Assembly (NCBI GenBank): GCA_903939735.1
Contig: CAJAIA010000001.1
Coordinates: 39,169 to 103,168 of the forward strand
Length of the DNA stretch: 64,000 nucleotides
Direction: 5' to 3'
DNA from: an uncultured Ignavibacteria bacterium
Lineage (GTDB): Bacteria > Bacteroidota > Ignavibacteria > Kapaibacteriales > Kapaibacteriaceae
Part shown: positions 10,631 through 19,819 of the stretch, one piece after another
How positions within the stretch are numbered: position 1 is the first letter of the stretch
Layout: each line of letters begins with the position of its first letter
The notes under the pieces: generated by a model
The model's input: only the letters and a program-made list of their open reading frames with translations
Told to the model about the DNA's origin: nothing
Database searches by the model: none
Made by a program: the position numbers and the translations under genes

Positions 10631-11562
10631 TCGCAGCAGGTATCGACATCGGCACCAACACAGCATTGATGGTCGTCGCGTCGATCCTGCCTGACGGCAC
10701 GATTCAGATCCTCGAAGATGTTCATGAACTCCCTCGGTTGGGAGAAGGACTGGATCGGACCGGGATGATTTGTGAGGAGGCACGCAATCGTGGACTCGAC
10801 GCGATGCGTCGATTCCGGGATGTACTGCATAGCGTTGCGCCAGCGTCATCGTCACGGTTCGTCACTGCCGTTGCAACAAGCGCACTTCGTGAAGCTCTGA
10901 ACGGCGACGCCGTTCGTGCAGAGCTTGAAGAAACGCTAGGATGGCCCATCGAAGTGATCCCTGGTAATCGAGAGGCCACACTTACGTTCGGAGGAGCCGT
11001 CGGCGTTTCCAATGATCTCTCGCTGATGATTGATATCGGCGGGGGCTCAACCGAGTACGCATGCGGCACGGCTGGTGATGTGCATTACGCGCAATCAACC
11101 TCAATCGGCGTTGTTCGCTTTATGGAACGCTACTCCAACGCCTACCCGATCTCGCGTGATGCTCGCATCGCAGCGCGCGAGCATGTTCGTGCAGAACTCC
11201 GTCCGCATGTTACTTCCCTATCGCATGCATCAAGCGTTGTTGCCACTGCTGGCACGCCGACAGCATTGGCGATGATTGATCTCGGACTGCCTGCATTTGA
11301 TGCAACTCGTATCGAGGGATATGTCTTGTCGCGCCAACGCGTGACTGAGTTATCAGACTACCTCTGCTCATTGTCGCTTGATGAACTCAGAGCGATTCCT
11401 GGGCTTGATGAACGACGTGCTGATATTATTCCAATGGGCTCACTGATCTTATCGGAGTCTCTCGAGATTCTCGACTACAATGCTCTCCGCGTGACGACTC
11501 GCGGACTTCGCTATGGTGCGCTGCACGTAGCTCGTGACACCGCTATGAAGGTGCAGAGATGA
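10627..11562 (+). CDS. Ppx/GppA family phosphatase (ASKHA fold), short form
   Basis: 311 aa. N-terminal [17 protein letters not shown] actin-like phosphate-1 motif typical of Ppx/GppA. Start overlaps the MCM stop (ATGA). Confidence 0.75.
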   Translation: MIAAGIDIGTNTALMVVASILPDGTIQILEDVHELPRLGEGLDRTGMICEEARNRGLDAMRRFRDVLHSVAPASSSRFVTAVATSALREALNGDAVRAELEETLGWPIEVIPGNREATLTFGGAVGVSNDLSLMIDIGGGSTEYACGTAGDVHYAQSTSIGVVRFMERYSNAYPISRDARIAAREHVRAELRPHVTSLSHASSVVATAGTPTALAMIDLGLPAFDATRIEGYVLSRQRVTELSDYLCSLSLDELRAIPGLDERRADIIPMGSLILSESLEILDYNALRVTTRGLRYGALHVARDTAMKVQR

Positions 11563-12488
11563 ACAACACCTTCCCATGGAACATGGTTGTGCTTGCGATA
11601 CTCTTCGCCATTCTTGCACATGTAGCAGGCGCTCAACCCCGAGAGTATAATCTGGTGTACAAGATGAAGGTGGGCGAAGTGCACGACTTTGATCTCGTCA
11701 CTGAACAGCATGTGGTTGGACGACGTGCTGTGCGAGTTGCGACGGACATGCGAATCGATGTGATGGACAAGGACCACTTGGGTAACTATGACTGTCGGAT
11801 GACGCTCTCAATTGATCGCGACTCTACCGTCATGCGCGAGGGTGCACAGGACTTGAGTAGCGGAGCATTCCGTCATGCGGGTCAGCGACAATACAGCCGC
11901 GTCGATGGGTATGATGCTGTGATCAACGACGTTGGCAAGATCGTTCTTGGACAAACAGTACAGCCACACAACTTCGATCAGCGGGGATTTAGTCTGTCAT
12001 CACAGACAACTGACTTTTCAATGACGGAACGGCCTATTGCTCCGTATGAGGTCAACTTTACCTTGTCTTCCGCTCCTGGAGAAAGCCCGCTGAAGATCGG
12101 TGTTCCCTACGAAGACACGATCCTGGTGATAAGCGCTGTTCAGCGCGTAACCCGAACAATCGGTCACGTGACAAGTCCGCAAAACGAGCCCCCTCCCAAC
12201 ATGGATACACTCCTACGAGTGATGACCTTGGACTCAGTCCTCGATGTGGGCGGTCGGCAAATCGGACACATCACATCGCTTGGCGTGAAACGCACGATCC
12301 TCGGTGAGCACTACGACATCACAACGCGGTACTACCGCGACATGACGACCGGCCTGATAGATAGTCTACATGAGGTGTGCTACGCTGTGAGCGCATCGGG
12401 CCGACGGCGTTTGGAGTACGTCACCGTAGGGCGCCGACGAAGTGCCGACGCCTACGGACCAATGACAATTACGCTGTCGCCTCGCTAA
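11559..12488 (+). CDS. Hypothetical secreted protein
   Basis: 309 aa. Signal peptide (VVLAILFAILAHVAGAQP). Start overlaps the Ppx/GppA stop (ATGA). No recognisable motif. Confidence 0.45.
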   Translation: MNNTFPWNMVVLAILFAILAHVAGAQPREYNLVYKMKVGEVHDFDLVTEQHVVGRRAVRVATDMRIDVMDKDHLGNYDCRMTLSIDRDSTVMREGAQDLSSGAFRHAGQRQYSRVDGYDAVINDVGKIVLGQTVQPHNFDQRGFSLSSQTTDFSMTERPIAPYEVNFTLSSAPGESPLKIGVPYEDTILVISAVQRVTRTIGHVTSPQNEPPPNMDTLLRVMTLDSVLDVGGRQIGHITSLGVKRTILGEHYDITTRYYRDMTTGLIDSLHEVCYAVSASGRRRLEYVTVGRRRSADAYGPMTITLSPR

Positions 12489-15400
12489 GCAACGCATCTT
12501 GTTCGCGTTCGTGCACCTTGGCTGAGCCCGTAGCTGGGCTAGCAGATGCGGAACGACCAACATACCGCAGGCGTTGTCCAGACTGGAGAACGTCGAGCAT
12601 GTTCGGCTGCACAAACATCCATGCGCCCATGTTCTTTGGCTCTTCCTGACACCAGACGATGTCCGTCACGTGTGCATAGCGCGAGAGTAATGCAGCCATG
12701 GCCTCGTGATGGAACGGATGAATCTGTTCAAGACGCACCAGAGCAACATGCGACGATCCTTGATCTGCACGTTTCTTCACGAGTTCGTTGTACACCTTAC
12801 CCGTGCATACAACGACACGTGTGATTGCTGATACGTCAGCAACCGAAGCATCGTCAATGATCTCACGGTATGAGCCACTGACCAGCTCTTGGAGTTCCGA
12901 CTGGAAGATGCGCAGGTATCCCTTTGGCGTCATGATGACCATCGGCTTGCGCCATTCAGCCTTTACTTGACGACGCAATGCATGGAAGTAATTCGCTGGC
13001 GAGGTGAAGTTGCAGACAATCATGTTGTCTTGCGCACAGAGCTGAAGGAATCGCTCGAGACGAGCACTTGAGTGCTCTGGGCCTTGTCCGTCGTAGCCGT
13101 GCGGGAGGAGAACAGTGAGATTACTGCGCTGTCCCCACTTCTCTTCAGCACTCGACACAAACTGGTCGAAGATGATCTGCGCACCATTTGCGAAGTCACC
13201 AAACTGTGCTTCCCAAATCGTGATGCCATCCTTCGCGACCGTGCTGTAGCCATACTCGAATCCGAGCACTGCATACTCCGACAGCGGCGAATCATGAATG
13301 AGAAGCTTCTGTACGGCTCCGATATCATTCAACGGTACGTGGCGGGCATCTGTTACCCCGTCGCGATGGACAGCTTGACGGTGGTTGAACGTACCGCGAC
13401 CACTGTCTTGTCCTGTGATGCGCACGGAGTGCCCTTCACGAAGCAAGGAGCCAAACGCCAGCGCCTCAGCCATACCCCACTGTACATGCCCCTGATCGAA
13501 GGAGGCCATGCGCTTATCGGCTTCGGCCTTCACCTTAGGGTGAATGTTGAAGTCAGCAGGAACTGATGTGACGGCCTTGGCGATCGTCGCGAGTTCATCG
13601 TGCGCGACAGCAGTATGAACGGGAGCGAAGTACGAGAACTGCGGAGTTACGGGAGTTGGACTGATTGCAGAGCCACGATTATCATAGGCAGCAGCAAGGA
13701 TCGAAAGCTCATGGTCAACAATAGACTTCAGATCGTCATCCGTCGCAACGCGCTCACTGATAAGACGTTGACCGTATACCTTGCGAACAGGGTCGAGATT
13801 CCGAATCTTCTTGTAGAGCAACGGCTGTGTTGCGGTAGGATCATCCTGCTCGTTGTGACCATACTTGCGATAGCAGTACATATCAATCACAACATCATTA
13901 CCGAAGGCCTGACGATACGCAAATGCGAAGTTCGCGGCCGCACGACATGCCTCAGGGTTGTACCCGTCAACATGAAGAATCGGAACTTGCAGCATCTTCG
14001 CAATCGCGGTTGCATAGTGCGTTGATCGTGAATCTTCCGGCGATGTCGTAAAGCCGATTTGATTATTGATGATGATGTGGATTGTTCCACCCGTTGAATA
14101 GCCTGTCAAACCGGCCATGTTCAACGTTTCCGGCACAACACCCTGTCCTGCAAACGCGGCATCACCGTGTATCAGGATTGGCATCACGTTGCTATACGAC
14201 TCATCGCGATACTGATCATCGAGTGCACGTGCAATACCCTCAACAACTGGGTTCACAGCTTCGAGGTGACTCGGATTCGGTGCAAGCACCAACTGAATCG
14301 ATGCACCGTTTTCAGCAACGTACGTTCCCTTTGCACCAAGGTGGTACTTCACGTCACCTGAACCTTGGAACGACTCAGGATCGATCTTCCCCTCGAACTC
14401 ATTGAAGATCTTTTCAAGGGGCTTGCCCATCATGTTCGCAAGCACATTGATACGTCCGCGGTGTGCCATTCCAAGAACGGCTCCCGCAAGACTCTTCGCT
14501 GCCGCCTGCTGGAGCACTTGATCGAGAATGATCATCGTGCTTTCGCCCCCTTCAAGCGAGAACCGCTTTGCACCGAGAAACTTCGTGTGAAGGAAGTTCT
14601 CGAGGTTTTCAGCTCGCGCAAGCTTGCGGAAGGTATCAAGCTTTGCTTCCGGTGTGAGACCGAGTTTGAGATGCGTTTCTTCAACGTACTCGCGGACCCA
14701 ATTCTTCTGATCTGGATCCTGGACGTGCATGTACTCGATGCCGATGTGATCACAATACGTGTCACGGAGCATGTCGATGATTTCACGAAGCGTCGCACGC
14801 TTTACGCCACCAAGTCCGCCTGTATCAAACTCACGATCAAGATCCCAGATCGTGAAGTTGTAGTGCGCAGGATCAAGCTCAGGATAGTAGTGTGCTTCGT
14901 GACCAAGTGGATTGATGCTCGCAAGAAGATGACCACGCACACGATATGCGTTGATCATCTGGACGACGCGACCTTCCTTGTCGATGACTTCCGGCTGATC
15001 ATGCTGCAGGAATGGATTGACACCCTTTTCTACTGACCAGCGAAGTGGCTCGAACGGAATATCGAGTGCTGCATAGACTTGATCGTAGAAGCGGTGATCG
15101 CCGAGCAGCAATTGGTGGATGTACTGCAGAAACTCACCCGACTCCGCACCCTGGATCACACGGTGATCGTAAGTCGAGGTGATAGTCACAACCTTCGAGA
15201 TGGCCAGCGTCGCCAACACATCTGGCATCATTGCCTGAAACTCTGCCGGGTATTCAATTGCTCCCGCCGCGACGATGGTGCCTTGTCCGTCCATCAGACG
15301 TGGAACAGACATTCCCGTACCGATACCACCAGGATTCGTCAACGTGATGTTGGCACCAGAGAGATCTTCTGGTGTAAGCTTGTTCGTTCTGGCACGTTGG

Positions 15401-16041
15401 ATGAGATCGTCGTATGCTCGCGCAAACTCAACAAACGTGAGACGTTCGCAATGCTTGATGCTCGGAACGAGAAGGATGCGTGAGCCATCCTTTCGTGTTG
15501 TGTCGACAGCCAGACCGAGATTGATACCTCCGCGCTCGACGCGAACCGGCTTGCCGTTCTCGAGGCCATACGAGCAATTCATGGCAGGATGACGCTCAGC
15601 AGACTTTACGATGGCCCATGCGAGGATGTGTGTGAACGAGAGCTTCGAACGACGCTGCTTCGCCAGCACGATGTTGGCGATGCGGCGATTCTCCTCGAGC
15701 GCCTTGACCGGGACGTTGCGGACGCTCGTGGCCGTCGGCACACGGAGCGATGCTTCCATGTTCTCTGCAATCTTTCCGCCGATCGACGAGAGCGGGATCA
15801 GGGTATCACCCTCGCCCAATGCAGGCAAGCGTGTTGTGTGCCCATTCGTGCCAACAGTTGTTGCTGGGGTTGCTGCAGCTACCGGACGTGGGGCTGCAAC
15901 TACTGGGGTTACACCAGAGCCTGGGGCTGCCTCAGGGGTGTACGACGCAAAAAAGGAGCGCCATTCTGGCGACACGGATTCCGGATTTCGAAGGTATTCG
16001 AAATACAGCTCATCGACATACGCACTGTTCATCGACATCAT
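12469..16041 (-). CDS. Multifunctional 2-oxoglutarate dehydrogenase/decarboxylase, Kgd/OdhA-type (E2 acyltransferase domain fused to E1o)
   Basis: 1190 aa. SucA-like N-terminus (YVDELYFEYLRNPESVSPEWRSFF), then an inserted E2 catalytic domain with DHRVIQGAESGEF, then a ThDP-dependent E1 body (GTGDVKYHLG, transketolase-like C-terminus). Confidence 0.9.
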   Translation of the reverse strand: MMSMNSAYVDELYFEYLRNPESVSPEWRSFFASYTPEAAPGSGVTPVVAAPRPVAAATPATTVGTNGHTTRLPALGEGDTLIPLSSIGGKIAENMEASLRVPTATSVRNVPVKALEENRRIANIVLAKQRRSKLSFTHILAWAIVKSAERHPAMNCSYGLENGKPVRVERGGINLGLAVDTTRKDGSRILLVPSIKHCERLTFVEFARAYDDLIQRARTNKLTPEDLSGANITLTNPGGIGTGMSVPRLMDGQGTIVAAGAIEYPAEFQAMMPDVLATLAISKVVTITSTYDHRVIQGAESGEFLQYIHQLLLGDHRFYDQVYAALDIPFEPLRWSVEKGVNPFLQHDQPEVIDKEGRVVQMINAYRVRGHLLASINPLGHEAHYYPELDPAHYNFTIWDLDREFDTGGLGGVKRATLREIIDMLRDTYCDHIGIEYMHVQDPDQKNWVREYVEETHLKLGLTPEAKLDTFRKLARAENLENFLHTKFLGAKRFSLEGGESTMIILDQVLQQAAAKSLAGAVLGMAHRGRINVLANMMGKPLEKIFNEFEGKIDPESFQGSGDVKYHLGAKGTYVAENGASIQLVLAPNPSHLEAVNPVVEGIARALDDQYRDESYSNVMPILIHGDAAFAGQGVVPETLNMAGLTGYSTGGTIHIIINNQIGFTTSPEDSRSTHYATAIAKMLQVPILHVDGYNPEACRAAANFAFAYRQAFGNDVVIDMYCYRKYGHNEQDDPTATQPLLYKKIRNLDPVRKVYGQRLISERVATDDDLKSIVDHELSILAAAYDNRGSAISPTPVTPQFSYFAPVHTAVAHDELATIAKAVTSVPADFNIHPKVKAEADKRMASFDQGHVQWGMAEALAFGSLLREGHSVRITGQDSGRGTFNHRQAVHRDGVTDARHVPLNDIGAVQKLLIHDSPLSEYAVLGFEYGYSTVAKDGITIWEAQFGDFANGAQIIFDQFVSSAEEKWGQRSNLTVLLPHGYDGQGPEHSSARLERFLQLCAQDNMIVCNFTSPANYFHALRRQVKAEWRKPMVIMTPKGYLRIFQSELQELVSGSYREIIDDASVADVSAITRVVVCTGKVYNELVKKRADQGSSHVALVRLEQIHPFHHEAMAALLSRYAHVTDIVWCQEEPKNMGAWMFVQPNMLDVLQSGQRLRYVGRSASASPATGSAKVHEREQDALLSEATA

Positions 16042-16087
16042 GGCCGCGGATCTTCCAATTGTACTCTAAGAATTGCAGCAAAATTAC

Positions 16088-16831
16088 TCACTTTCCAACC
16101 ATTGGACGCAGTCCAATAAATGCCAGCATTCTTCCCGCCTGCTCCCCATCTCGGCGATGTGAGTGCCAGCGTTGATCAGTCATTGTGCATGATTCGTCGG
16201 TGATGATCGATTGCACCGGCACGCCGGCTTCGATCAGTTGCGCCCGAAGTGCAGCGTGGTTATCAAAAAGCCATTGGGATGTCGTTCCCTCAAGGGGCGT
16301 GCAGTAGGCAGGCAATGCGGTATGGACGTCATTCCGCACGACGTATGCCAATCCAGATGCACAGGGAGATAGCCATACCTGAAGATCCGTCGGTCGTGTG
16401 CCATACTGTTGTTGCATCGCCGCGATGGTTGCCGCGACAATGTTCTGCGCTGTTCCCCGCCACCCTGAGTGTACTGCCGCGATAGCATGGTGTGCTTGAT
16501 CGTAGATCACAACGCCACAGCAGTCTGCTAGCTTAACGCCAAGGAGCCATCCCGACCTATTCGTGATGATTGCGTCGGCCTGCGTTGTGGACTGAGGTGG
16601 AGCGTCCTCTACAACCTCGATCGTTGCCCCATGCACCTGCGTTACCGTGACAATTGATGTCCGCCGACAGTCGAGTGCCTCGGCAAGGGCATTGAACGAC
16701 TGTGCAACGAGCTCTGGAGAACTGGCTGGCGTGTGTCCAAATGTATACCCTGGCCAGGGGGCGAATGACGTGTCAACCAGGGTGATACCGCTAACGACGT
16801 TCCCTGTTGGTAGTGCGTGCTGAATCAACAT
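16088..16831 (-). CDS. pgeF: Peptidoglycan editing factor PgeF (YfiH/DUF152 laccase-domain protein)
   Basis: 247 aa. QVHGATIEV...ADAIITN...ADCCGVVIYD...AAVHSGWRG motifs of the YfiH family. Confidence 0.85.
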   Translation of the reverse strand: MLIQHALPTGNVVSGITLVDTSFAPWPGYTFGHTPASSPELVAQSFNALAEALDCRRTSIVTVTQVHGATIEVVEDAPPQSTTQADAIITNRSGWLLGVKLADCCGVVIYDQAHHAIAAVHSGWRGTAQNIVAATIAAMQQQYGTRPTDLQVWLSPCASGLAYVVRNDVHTALPAYCTPLEGTTSQWLFDNHAALRAQLIEAGVPVQSIITDESCTMTDQRWHSHRRDGEQAGRMLAFIGLRPMVGK

Positions 16832-18566
16832 GCCTCGAACCTACGACTTCGAATGCAATACGTCGTGACATACGCCGACCCCACTGTCCAACGCCATCGC
16901 ACAAAACCGCTTCATGCCGGCGCATCGTCCATTGGAGGAACCTTCCATCAAGTCGGCCCGTGGAGGTCCCGACTGCTATCATCTTCGTTATGTGGGGCGT
17001 TGTGTAACCTACGATGTTTCCACTGCGGCACGTATACACCCACACAACCGGACGTTGTGGTGCTGGTACGAGCGTGAGCGCTCCGATGGCAGCCACGCAG
17101 CAGCAGAAGCGCAGCGCTGCTCCCGAAACAGTAGTGGCGATGAGTGGCCACCACCACATCGCTGTACTGATGAAGGCAAGAACAATCACCATGTGTTCAT
17201 GCATCAACACCTCCTCACAGGACTGCGCCACGGCGATCACCGACTCCGCACTCGTGACGATGATTGACATGCACCACACAATGGGTGCTGCAACCCCGAG
17301 CGGTGCCGCAATCAGCAGCAGTGGAACGAGCACGAACACAGCACTGAGGAGCGGCACGACCAGCATGTTCGCTGCCACCGAGAAAAGCGCCACGGAGTGG
17401 AAGTAGAACATCGACGGAACAACGATTGATGTTGATGCTGCAACGCATACACTCATCGCTTGAAGAATCGACGGTATCCTCCCAACGAGCATGCGGGCTG
17501 CATCCACCCATCGTGGTGCAAGCACGAGGATACCTGCAACGGCCGATATCGACAGCACTGTAGAAATCGTGTCGATCCCCCACGGATCGGCAAGCGCGAG
17601 AATGAGCACACTTCCGTACAAGACGTTCAGCCCGTCAACGTCTCGTTCGTAGCGATGGCCTAGCAATGCGGCAATGCCCATAACAGCTGCTCGCAGAGCC
17701 GGACTCTCTGCTCCCGTCAGGTAGACGTAAAACATGATACATGTGCTCGTAACGATCAGCATCGTAGTGCCACGCCACCGACTCAGCAGTAGTGATACGA
17801 GGAGGAACATCAGTCCGACATGCGACCCACTGACCGATAGCATGTGTGCTGTTCCCGTTCGCTGATAGCCCAGCATCTGCGCATGCGATACACCGGTGCG
17901 ATCCCCAAGAGCGAGCGCTCGCACGACAGCTGCAACCGATGGTGTACATGATGCTTCGAGTGTAGCCGTAATGTCTGCATGGATCGTGCTTCGTAGGCGA
18001 TGCCACCACGGTGCTTCCTGTATGCGGACAGACGAAGCAACACGCACCATGAATGACACGTTGCGTTGATGCGCTATCGTCCGCACGTCAACCTCGTCTG
18101 GCAACGCAGGTGGAGCAGGCCGACTGAGATGTCCAATAGCGATGCGACGCTCACCCTGGCATGCTGCACTAATCAACGGACGCGCCTCAGTGCATAGCGA
18201 ACGCACATAGATGCACGGTAGGTCACGACCGTCCGTATGCCCCTCAAGCACATACACTGTCGTTTTCGAATCTTGGCGAACTACCGAGCTGACAACACCC
18301 TCGATTCGCACCGGCATACCGTCGAAATCCGCCAAGTCGGAGGGTTCAACCCTTGCCGCAGAACGTGATGTGGCGCAGAGTGCCAGCAGCAGGCACGACG
18401 TAACCAGCGACAGATGAAACAGATGTCTGCGGTAGGCAACAGCGGCTACGACGCCTAGGATGACGACCAGACCAAAGATGCTCTGGGGGTCCAATGCTAC
18501 CCCGCGCAGCGGGAAAATGGCAAGGCATACGTAGCAGGCCGGTATGAGGAGCGGACGACGTCGCAT
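16791..18566 (-). CDS. comEC: ComEC/Rec2 DNA internalisation channel protein
   Basis: 591 aa polytopic protein. Competence domain [30 protein letters not shown]. Confidence 0.85.
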   Translation of the reverse strand: MRRRPLLIPACYVCLAIFPLRGVALDPQSIFGLVVILGVVAAVAYRRHLFHLSLVTSCLLLALCATSRSAARVEPSDLADFDGMPVRIEGVVSSVVRQDSKTTVYVLEGHTDGRDLPCIYVRSLCTEARPLISAACQGERRIAIGHLSRPAPPALPDEVDVRTIAHQRNVSFMVRVASSVRIQEAPWWHRLRSTIHADITATLEASCTPSVAAVVRALALGDRTGVSHAQMLGYQRTGTAHMLSVSGSHVGLMFLLVSLLLSRWRGTTMLIVTSTCIMFYVYLTGAESPALRAAVMGIAALLGHRYERDVDGLNVLYGSVLILALADPWGIDTISTVLSISAVAGILVLAPRWVDAARMLVGRIPSILQAMSVCVAASTSIVVPSMFYFHSVALFSVAANMLVVPLLSAVFVLVPLLLIAAPLGVAAPIVWCMSIIVTSAESVIAVAQSCEEVLMHEHMVIVLAFISTAMWWWPLIATTVSGAALRFCCCVAAIGALTLVPAPQRPVVWVYTCRSGNIVGYTTPHITKMIAVGTSTGRLDGRFLQWTMRRHEAVLCDGVGQWGRRMSRRIAFEVVGSRHVDSARTTNRERR

Positions 18567-18739
18567 GCCCTTCTGTGCTCAAACAGCGCGTCTCTGTGAC
18601 TCATCTGTGGATGTTGAAAACTTCATTCCGCGGTGGCCATGCTGCCATGGGTATTTTCGAGCTGTCACGTTGCTTCAGGACTCGTCCTCATATGAATCAA
18701 CGTCCTCCATTTTGCTACGTAGCCACAAGGAAATCTGTT

Positions 18740-19816
18740 ATGAGCCAAGAGTCGAAAGCAACCAAGGAAGCGTCATCGAAGGATGCCGCTGCATCAGCAC
18801 CGAAGGTGAGTGATGCGAAGGTAAAGGCAGCACAACTTGCGATGGAGCAGATCGAGAAAGCCTTCGGTAAGGGTTCGATCATGCGCCTGAGCGACGAACA
18901 ATCTGTTGATATCGATGCGATTTCAACGGGCTGTCTTTCACTCGATGCAGCTATCGGTATCGGTGGTGTTCCGCGTGGCCGCATCGTCGAGATCTACGGT
19001 CCGGAATCGTCAGGTAAAACAACGGTCTGTTTGCAGGTGATTGCAGAAGCGCAGAAGGCCGGTGGTCTTGCAGCGTTTGTCGATACTGAGCATGCGCTTG
19101 ACGTGAAGTATGCACAACGTCTTGGCGTCGACCTCAACAACCTCCTTCTGTCGCAGCCAGAGTTCGGCGAGCAAGCGCTCGAAATCGTTGAAACACTCGT
19201 TCGCTCCGGTGCTATTGATGTGGTAGTTGTCGACTCCGTTGCTGCACTGACACCGCGCGTCGAAATCGAAGGCGACATGGGTGACGCGCAGATGGGATCG
19301 CAAGCACGACTGATGAGTCAGGCAATGCGCAAGCTGAATGCAGCGATCGGACGCTCAAACACAACGGTAATCTTCACGAACCAGCTTCGTTCGAAGATTG
19401 GCGTCGTCTATGGTAATCCTGAAACCACAACCGGCGGCAATGCGCTCAAGTACTATGCTTCGGTGCGGATTGACGTTCGTCGTAAGGACGTCATCAAGGA
19501 CGGACAGGATATCGTGGGTAATCGCGTCCGCGCGAAGGTTGTCAAGAACAAGGTTGCTCCTCCGTTCCGTGAGGCTGAATTCGACATCATGTACAACGAA
19601 GGCATTTCACGCCTCGGCGATATGATCGATGTCGCGGTGGAATCGGGCATCATCACAAAGTCTGGATCATGGTTCTCGTTCAACGATGAGCGTGTTCAGG
19701 GTCGTGATGGCATGCGCAAGCTCCTCACAGAGAATACTGCTCTGTGCGCCGCACTTGATGAAGCTGTTCGCTCCGCGTTGCACCTGCCAACACATCAGGC
19801 ACCTGCAAAGAAGTAA
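18740..19816 (+). CDS. recA: Recombinase RecA
   Basis: Start at internal MSQESK with an [36 protein letters not shown] Walker A, and the remainder is canonical RecA. The 18575 upstream extension was rejected. Confidence 0.97.
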   Translation: MSQESKATKEASSKDAAASAPKVSDAKVKAAQLAMEQIEKAFGKGSIMRLSDEQSVDIDAISTGCLSLDAAIGIGGVPRGRIVEIYGPESSGKTTVCLQVIAEAQKAGGLAAFVDTEHALDVKYAQRLGVDLNNLLLSQPEFGEQALEIVETLVRSGAIDVVVVDSVAALTPRVEIEGDMGDAQMGSQARLMSQAMRKLNAAIGRSNTTVIFTNQLRSKIGVVYGNPETTTGGNALKYYASVRIDVRRKDVIKDGQDIVGNRVRAKVVKNKVAPPFREAEFDIMYNEGISRLGDMIDVAVESGIITKSGSWFSFNDERVQGRDGMRKLLTENTALCAALDEAVRSALHLPTHQAPAKK

Positions 19817-19819
19817 TCC

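Noticed and set aside
12546-15600. Numerous 60-220 aa ORFs antisense or out of frame inside kgd (for example 13072..13566, 14365..15036, 15589..16119), and similar ones inside uvrA, dnaE and the FAD/FeS gene
   Set aside because: Shadow ORFs, typical of high-GC coding DNA. Each is fully contained in a long gene with strong homology on the other frame.
18575-19816. 413-aa extended RecA ORF
   Set aside because: RecA homology starts at the internal MSQESK Met (18740) with an AAGGA RBS. The upstream 55 codons are non-homologous intergenic read-through.
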